A stretch of 64,000 nt of DNA. Source: Candidatus Latescibacterota bacterium. GTDB lineage: Bacteria > Latescibacterota > UBA2968. Each line of letters begins with the position of its first letter. Within the stretch, counting starts at the first letter, position 1. Made by a program: the position numbers and the translations under genes. Below are positions 58,341-64,000 of this stretch, piece after piece. The stretch lies in contig OZ242311.1 of assembly GCA_965207885.1 (NCBI GenBank), positions 5,824,001-5,888,000 on the forward strand, in the 5' to 3' direction. Under the pieces are notes generated by a model. It saw only the letters and a list, made by a program, of their open reading frames with translations, was not told the origin of the DNA and searched no databases.

Positions 58341-59207
58341 CTATTTTAAGCCCAATTGTGCGCGATGGACGATGTCTTCAATTTTGTTTTTGTTCCAGTA
58401 GTCGATCATCGTAGCATGCGTTTTGCGCGCTGTGGTCGTGGTCCAGCGGCCCCGGCGTTGCGTGGATTCTTCCCAGCCGAGGATGGCGTGGGGATAGTTT
58501 TTTTCAAAGGTTATGGCGAGTTTGCGGCCAATGGAGGTGTACGCGAGGGTGTAAACCGAGGTCTCGTCGTCTGCGGTGAGTTCCGCATTGGCGGTCTGGA
58601 TATCGGGTAGGGTGTGTGTCAGGCGCTGGAATAGCATGCCGGGGATGATCTGGATTTCACCTGTGGGCAAGCGCTCGGGTGCCAATCGGATGCGTGTCCA
58701 GATTTCGTCTTCGAGGATGGCGCTGGGCAATGTGAGGTCGTGGTCGCCATCGCTTTGAAAGTACGATCGCAGTGTGGCTTTGTATTTGCCGTTGCGATGG
58801 TTTATCTGGGCAAAGGTGTGTCCGCACCATTCCTGGGCTGTGCTGGTGACTTTGAGCGTGCGCGTTTGGTCGGGCGCTACGGGTGTGAATACAGAGGTCA
58901 TGATGGAGTAGGGATAAAGGCCCGTTGTAAATTGGCGCATGGCGTTGAGTTTGAGTACGGAGGTGCTCGGTCCGTCGCCGCGTTCGTGCTTTACGTGTTT
59001 GTCTGTGAGAAAGTTCTCGGTTACGAAGATGAGTACGGCGTCGCCGTCATAAATATCGCGGTATTGCGCCTGTTTGAGTTCATAGCGGGTGATTTCCGCG
59101 AGTCCAGCGTACCATTGTTTTTTGAATGCGTCATCCCAGGGTTTTACTTCTGCATGGGTTGGGGCGAGGAAGATGATGGTGAAAAGAATGGTGACTAAGT
59201 GTCGCAT
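58341..59207 (-). CDS. Conserved secreted hypothetical protein
   Basis: Signal peptide. WY.G.AEI..Y.L.Q, AVLIFVTE.F, VLKLN, F.TG.YPYS.M.S.F, S.QEWCGH, SYF, YW. Confidence 0.75.
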   Translation of the reverse strand: MRHLVTILFTIIFLAPTHAEVKPWDDAFKKQWYAGLAEITRYELKQAQYRDIYDGDAVLIFVTENFLTDKHVKHERGDGPSTSVLKLNAMRQFTTGLYPYSIMTSVFTPVAPDQTRTLKVTSTAQEWCGHTFAQINHRNGKYKATLRSYFQSDGDHDLTLPSAILEDEIWTRIRLAPERLPTGEIQIIPGMLFQRLTHTLPDIQTANAELTADDETSVYTLAYTSIGRKLAITFEKNYPHAILGWEESTQRRGRWTTTTARKTHATMIDYWNKNKIEDIVHRAQLGLK

Positions 59208-59321
59208 TGTGTGCTCCTTTTGAGGGATATGGGTAGGGGTTAATATAGTACCGCGAAATTTTTGTATTGGTCGTATATTGGTATGTGCGCGGGCATGAAT
59301 ATAACAATATGGAGTGATAAT

Positions 59322-60818
59322 ATGCGACCGAATTTTTTGATTTTTTGTGTGGATCAGATGCAGGCGTATTGTATGGGTTGCAATGGGCATCCGGATGTAC
59401 AGACGCCCAATCTGGATCGTCTGGCACAGGATGGCGTTTTATTTCGCCGCAATTATTGCTCGCATCCGGTGTGCCAGCCGTCGCGGGCTTCTTTGATTAC
59501 CGGATTGACGCCTTCGCAACACGGGTTGATACAAAATGGTATGAGTTTGTCTGAAGATATGCCGACTGTGACGGGGGCGTTGTCCGAAGCGGGGTACCGC
59601 ACGCATGCGGCGGGTAAGTTGCATTTACAGCCTTTTTCGGGCGGTGATTCTTGGGAGAACCGACATCGGTGGTATAGCGGTGAGGTGACCCATTTGCCCG
59701 AGGGGTATTACGGTTTTGGAGAGACAGATTATGTGGGTGGACATGTGAATTACGTTTGTGGCGATTATCGAAATTGGTTGGAAGAAGAATATCCCGATGT
59801 CGCGCAAAAGGATCATCCGGAAGACGGTCCTTCAACATGTGTTCCCTATGCTCAGTTTTCGGCGTATCAGAATTTTGGCTATCAGACCTGGAAGATTGAT
59901 CAAATTCCGGCTGAGTTGCATTACAATCACTGGATTACAGATCGCACGATGGCTTTTATAGATGGTTTGGGCGCGGGTGAAAATTTTTTTGCGTGGTGTT
60001 CTTTTCCGGATCCGCACCATCCGTTTGTGGCTTGCAGGCCTTATAGTGAGATGTATGACCCCGGGTCTTTAACGCTGCCGGAGACGTTTGTTGTTGACGA
60101 AGACCCAGCTTCTGATAGTTTGCTGCGGAGAGTGGGTCCCGCATGGTTTAATGGCGATGAGGAGGATTTGCGGCAGGTGATGGCGCAGACTTATGGTATG
60201 ATTTCGCATATTGATGATAATGTGGGTCGCGCGATTGATTTTTTGCAGGCGAATGGTTTGTACGATAATACGGTTGTTGCTTTTATCGCAGATCACGGCG
60301 AGTACCTGGGGTCACACCATTTGTGGCATAAGACGCCCTATCAGTGGGAGGAGTTGTTGCGCGTGCCGTATATTTGGCGCGTGCCCGGGGGGCGGACGGG
60401 TGTTTGCGATGATGTGGTGAGTAATCTGGATTTTGTGCCTACGGTGCTGGATTATGCGGGGATAGATCAAAGTGCTATGCGGTTTCGGCGCGAGGATTGG
60501 GCTGTTGAGGGTTTTGAGTTGCCCGGGCGTTCGTTGGGCGCTTTTATAAATGATGGTGCGGATATGTCCGATCGCGCGGCTTTGGTGGAGATGGGGTCCA
60601 TGCGGACGCTGATCACAGAGCGCTATAAAATTGTGGTGGATGCTTCGGGTATTGGACATAATGTGCTGGTGGATCTGGAGAGTGATCCACGCGAGAAAGT
60701 AAATTTGTGGGATCATTCAGAGGCGCGGGATGTGAAGGCGGGTCTTTTGACGCGCTTGATGCGGGAGAGTATTCGCTGTACGCGTATGGATAATCCCAAA
60801 ATTACACCTGGTGCATGA
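59322..60818 (+). CDS. Sulfatase (Cys-type, FGly)
   Basis: PNFL…DQ, TPNLDRLA, CQPSRASLITG, GKLHL, DPHHP, ADHGE. Confidence 0.95.
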   Translation: MRPNFLIFCVDQMQAYCMGCNGHPDVQTPNLDRLAQDGVLFRRNYCSHPVCQPSRASLITGLTPSQHGLIQNGMSLSEDMPTVTGALSEAGYRTHAAGKLHLQPFSGGDSWENRHRWYSGEVTHLPEGYYGFGETDYVGGHVNYVCGDYRNWLEEEYPDVAQKDHPEDGPSTCVPYAQFSAYQNFGYQTWKIDQIPAELHYNHWITDRTMAFIDGLGAGENFFAWCSFPDPHHPFVACRPYSEMYDPGSLTLPETFVVDEDPASDSLLRRVGPAWFNGDEEDLRQVMAQTYGMISHIDDNVGRAIDFLQANGLYDNTVVAFIADHGEYLGSHHLWHKTPYQWEELLRVPYIWRVPGGRTGVCDDVVSNLDFVPTVLDYAGIDQSAMRFRREDWAVEGFELPGRSLGAFINDGADMSDRAALVEMGSMRTLITERYKIVVDASGIGHNVLVDLESDPREKVNLWDHSEARDVKAGLLTRLMRESIRCTRMDNPKITPGA

Positions 60819-60849
60819 TGTCGGGTGTTTTTCAAATAGAGGAGATGTT

Positions 60850-62256
60850 ATGGATAGCAAACCAAATGTTATTGTCTTTTTTACGGATCAACAGCGCTGG
60901 GATTGTATGGCAGCGCATGGCAATCCCCTCGGTATTACACCCAATCTGGATCGCGCGGCGCAGCACGGGACACATGTGTACAATAGTTTTACATGCCAGC
61001 CCGTGTGCGGTCCGGCGCGTGCGTGTTTGCAGACGGGGATGTACGCGAGTGAGACGGGTGTGTATCGCAATGGGGTTGCGCTGAATCCGGATCACAAGAC
61101 GCTTGCGCATTGTTTTAATGATGCGGGTTATCACACGGGATATATTGGGAAGTGGCATCTGGCGACGAGTGGACGCGGTTCTGTGCCCGTAAAAGCGCGC
61201 GGTGGGTACCAGTACTGGCTCGCGGCAAATGCGCTGGAGGGGACATCTGATACGTATGATTGCGTTGTTTACGATCATGACAATCAGGAGGTGAAGTTGC
61301 CCGGTTATCGGGTGGATGCGCTGACCGATGCGGCGATTCGGTATGTGGATGAACATCAGAGCGATCCCTTTTATCTGTTTATTTCGTTTTTGGAACCCCA
61401 TCACCAGAATCATCTGGACGATTATCCGCCGCCGGATGGGTATCGCGAGATGTATGCCGGGTACTGGACACCGCCCGATCTGGCGGGATTGCCCACGCAT
61501 CCTTTAGCCGAGGGCGAGTATCCCGGCGCGGTTCCTGCAGGGGGGAGTACACAGCAGCATTTGGGCGGGTACTGGGGGATGATTAAGCGTTTGGATGAGG
61601 CTTATGGGCGGTTGCTTGATTCACTGAAGAGTCTGGGGCTTTTAGAGGATACGATTGTGCTGTTCACTTCTGATCACGCCTGCCATTTCCGCACCCGCAA
61701 TAAGGAATACAAGCGTTCGTGTCACGAGAGTTCTATCCGCGTTCCAACGGTGTTGACGGGTGGTCCGTTTACGGGAGGGGGTACGTTGGGCGAGTTGGTG
61801 AGTCTGGTGGATTTGCCGCCTTCGCTGTTGGATGGCGCCGGGTTGGAGATTCCCGATCAGATGTCGGGGCGTTCCATGCTTCCCATTTTGGGGGGTGGTG
61901 GTCGCTCGCTCGCAGATCCATGGCCGGATGATGTGTTTGTGCAGATTTCAGAGAGTGGTATTGGTCGCGCTGTTCGCACAAAGCGATGGAAGTACGCGGT
62001 CCAAAGCGATGCGGTGCCGCCCGGTGCAGAGGGTGCGAGGAGTTATGAGGAGGCGTATCTCTACGATCTGGAGGCAGATCCGTACGAGTTGCGCAATTTG
62101 ATTGGCTATGAAAGCCACCGTCCGGTTGCAGACCGAATGAAGGCGCGGTTGCTGGGCTATATTCGAGATGTTGAAGGGTATGTTCCCGAGATTGTCGATG
62201 CAGAAGAACGGCAAGGTGGTCAACGGCGGGTGTCCGATGCCGAGGTTGAGAGTTAA
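60850..62256 (+). CDS. Sulfatase (Cys-type, FGly)
   Basis: PNVIVFFTDQQR, CGPARACLQTG, GKWHL, EPHH, TSDH, LYDLEADPYE..NL. Confidence 0.95.
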   Translation: MDSKPNVIVFFTDQQRWDCMAAHGNPLGITPNLDRAAQHGTHVYNSFTCQPVCGPARACLQTGMYASETGVYRNGVALNPDHKTLAHCFNDAGYHTGYIGKWHLATSGRGSVPVKARGGYQYWLAANALEGTSDTYDCVVYDHDNQEVKLPGYRVDALTDAAIRYVDEHQSDPFYLFISFLEPHHQNHLDDYPPPDGYREMYAGYWTPPDLAGLPTHPLAEGEYPGAVPAGGSTQQHLGGYWGMIKRLDEAYGRLLDSLKSLGLLEDTIVLFTSDHACHFRTRNKEYKRSCHESSIRVPTVLTGGPFTGGGTLGELVSLVDLPPSLLDGAGLEIPDQMSGRSMLPILGGGGRSLADPWPDDVFVQISESGIGRAVRTKRWKYAVQSDAVPPGAEGARSYEEAYLYDLEADPYELRNLIGYESHRPVADRMKARLLGYIRDVEGYVPEIVDAEERQGGQRRVSDAEVES

Positions 62257-62332
62257 AAATTAAGGAACGGTTACAACTGCTTGGCAGTTTATTGGGATGT
62301 GAGGAGCAGTCAGGAACATGCGTTGTAGAGCC

Positions 62333-62362
62333 GTCATTGCGGCAGGGTTTTAGCCGCAATCC
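62333..62362. repeat. Short REP-like palindrome
   Basis: GTC-ATTGCGGC-agggtttta-GCCGCAAT-CC in an intergenic region. Confidence 0.45.
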
Positions 62363-62410
62363 AGTGGGTGGCTGGGCGGGGACTGATAGCTATACAGGAG
62401 GCGATGAGAG

Positions 62411-63430
62411 ATGTATATTCAAGATCAGGTTCATTACGATAATTTGGACGATGATATTTTGAGTTTTTACAGGGCGATTAGTGTGGATTCGATTCATCTC
62501 GAGTTGCGGGGTGGACGACCGCCTGCAAAATCAGCGAAGCGCAGTAGTACGGGTGTGGCGAATACGACGCTGGCACAACGGCTTCGCGCGGGGGAGGATT
62601 GTACAGAGGCGTTTGAGAAGGCGCGGGAGTTGGTGGAATCCCATGGTATGAGGTTGAATAATATTTTTATGCCGTGCTGGGAGGAGATTGCGCTGGCTAT
62701 GGAAGATCGGGATGAGAAGATCGGATTCTGGTGTCAGATGCTGGAGTCGCTGGGGAGGGCGGGAATTCCGTGTTTGGGCTGGAATTTCAAGCCGATGGGG
62801 AATTTTCGGACGCCTTCGGATACGGGTCGCGGCGGGGTGAGATATAGCACGTTTGATTATGCGTATTTTAGTGAGAATCAGCCAGAGCAATACGATCCGC
62901 CTGTTTCAGAAGAGACGATGTGGGCAAATATGGAGGCGTTTTTGCAGGTGGTGATTCCCGTTGCAGAGAAGGCGGGGGTGCGTATGGCGCTGCATCCGGA
63001 CGATCCGCCGATTCCAGAGCCTCTGGGCGGTATTGCACAGATTTGTTCGTCGCTGGATCAGTTCAGGCGCACGCTTTTTGAGATTGCGCCGGGTGAGCAC
63101 AACGGGATGTTATTTTGCCAGGGGTGTATGACGGAGTTGCTGGGTGAGGGTGTTTATGATGCAATTGCCGAGATGGCTTCGAATAATAAGATTGTGTGGG
63201 TGCATTTCCGCAATGTGAAGGGTCAGTTGCCGCGGTTTGTCGAAGTTTTTATGGATGAAGGCGATATTGATATGAAGCGCGCGATGGAGGTTTATCGCGA
63301 TAATGGGTTCAATGGTCCGTATATGATGGATCACACGCCGGGTTTTGCACATTCTGCGTACACGCGATTGCACGGGAAGGCGTATGCGATTGGGTATATC
63401 CGCGCGTTGATTGACGATGTTTATGGGTGA
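62411..63430 (+). CDS. uxuA: Mannonate dehydratase family protein (second paralog)
   Basis: WNF, RGG, VIPVAEKAGVRMALHPDDPP, FCQG, VHFRNV, EVFMDEGDIDM, DHTP. Confidence 0.88.
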   Translation: MYIQDQVHYDNLDDDILSFYRAISVDSIHLELRGGRPPAKSAKRSSTGVANTTLAQRLRAGEDCTEAFEKARELVESHGMRLNNIFMPCWEEIALAMEDRDEKIGFWCQMLESLGRAGIPCLGWNFKPMGNFRTPSDTGRGGVRYSTFDYAYFSENQPEQYDPPVSEETMWANMEAFLQVVIPVAEKAGVRMALHPDDPPIPEPLGGIAQICSSLDQFRRTLFEIAPGEHNGMLFCQGCMTELLGEGVYDAIAEMASNNKIVWVHFRNVKGQLPRFVEVFMDEGDIDMKRAMEVYRDNGFNGPYMMDHTPGFAHSAYTRLHGKAYAIGYIRALIDDVYG

Positions 63431-63479
63431 CGCAAATTTTGGAATTGACGATGTGAGTTGGCATAATTATTCTGTGCGT

Positions 63480-63604
63480 GCGAATCAGCGAATCAACGAA
63501 TCAACGAATCAACGACGGAGTTTGTAACGACTTTGGGTGGTTGGGCAGGGTTCGTCTATTCGTCTATTCGTCTATTCGTCTATTCGTCTATTCGCGCTTT
63601 TTTC
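63480..63604 (-). repeat. Dispersed intergenic element, copy 2: (CGAATCAA)x4 - core - (TTCGTCTA)x5
   Basis: Two 8-bp tandem arrays forming imperfect inverted arms around a ~40-bp core. Homologous to 1375-1445. Confidence 0.9.
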
Positions 63605-63616
63605 GGAGAAGGGAAG

Positions 63617-64000
63617 ATGTTTGGATTTTTGAAGCGGTATATGCACTGGTTGCACACGCGGTGGCCCTCGGGCACGGTGGAGAAGTTGCCAGAGATGAAT
63701 GAGGATGGGTCAACGGCGGTGCCGGGGCTTTATATTGTGGGGGATTTGACGGGGATTCCGCTGTTGAAGTTTTCGTCGGATACGGGGGCGCGGGCAGTGC
63801 AGACGATTGTGGGTGATTCGGGTTTTGAGCGTCGGACGCATAGGGATGGGGTGCGCGATCTGGTGATTATTGGTGGTGGGGTTTCTGGTATGGCAGCGGG
63901 TATTGAGGCGCGAAATCGGGGATTGGATTTTGTGCTGCTGGAGGCGTCAGAACGGTTTTCTACGGTGGTGAATTTTCCAAAGGCAAAGCCGATTTACACG
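63617..64000 (+). CDS. FAD/NAD(P)-dependent oxidoreductase (thioredoxin-reductase-like), 5' part
   Basis: T.VPGLYIVGDLTGIPL, DLVIIGGGVSGMAA. Runs off the window edge. Confidence 0.8.
   Translation, partial: MFGFLKRYMHWLHTRWPSGTVEKLPEMNEDGSTAVPGLYIVGDLTGIPLLKFSSDTGARAVQTIVGDSGFERRTHRDGVRDLVIIGGGVSGMAAGIEARNRGLDFVLLEASERFSTVVNFPKAKPIYT

Noticed and set aside
1-64000. tRNA/rRNA genes
   Set aside because: No cloverleaf/T-loop signatures or rRNA-like segments were recognised in the intergenic regions.

Overview
Bacterial chromosomal window. Its gene content resembles sponge-associated Latescibacterota/Gemmatimonadota/Poribacteria-type genomes, but that placement is inference only. From left to right it holds: a secreted ankyrin-repeat protein; a DUF1552 + DUF1592-type cytochrome pair; a complete IS4-family element; a urea ABC transporter/porin/urease operon whose urease and UreG look plant/fungal-like, with no ureE; a low-GC type II R-M pair (BanI-like REase + amino-MTase); sugar-acid catabolic genes (enolase superfamily x3, UxuA x2, PhyH, Ldh2, sulfatases x2); a tandem array of three small coiled-coil/TM paralogs; housekeeping genes (lolC/E x2, rsgA, M32 carboxypeptidase, TrmH-type methylase); an unannotated SelW/Rdx selenoprotein (CxxU, with SECIS); and a ccm operon with a Cys-type CcmE. 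The ccm operon is split by two islands of toxin-antitoxin-like and decayed genes. Two structures are not explained by the gene calls. (i) Four direct copies of a ~60-bp hairpin element partition the 49.5-53.2 kb island into gene cassettes. (ii) A shared sigma54 promoter plus upstream-box architecture lies in front of two unrelated accessory loci, the small-protein array and an Rpn-family gene with an internal start. All family calls come from recognising motifs by eye; no database search was run.
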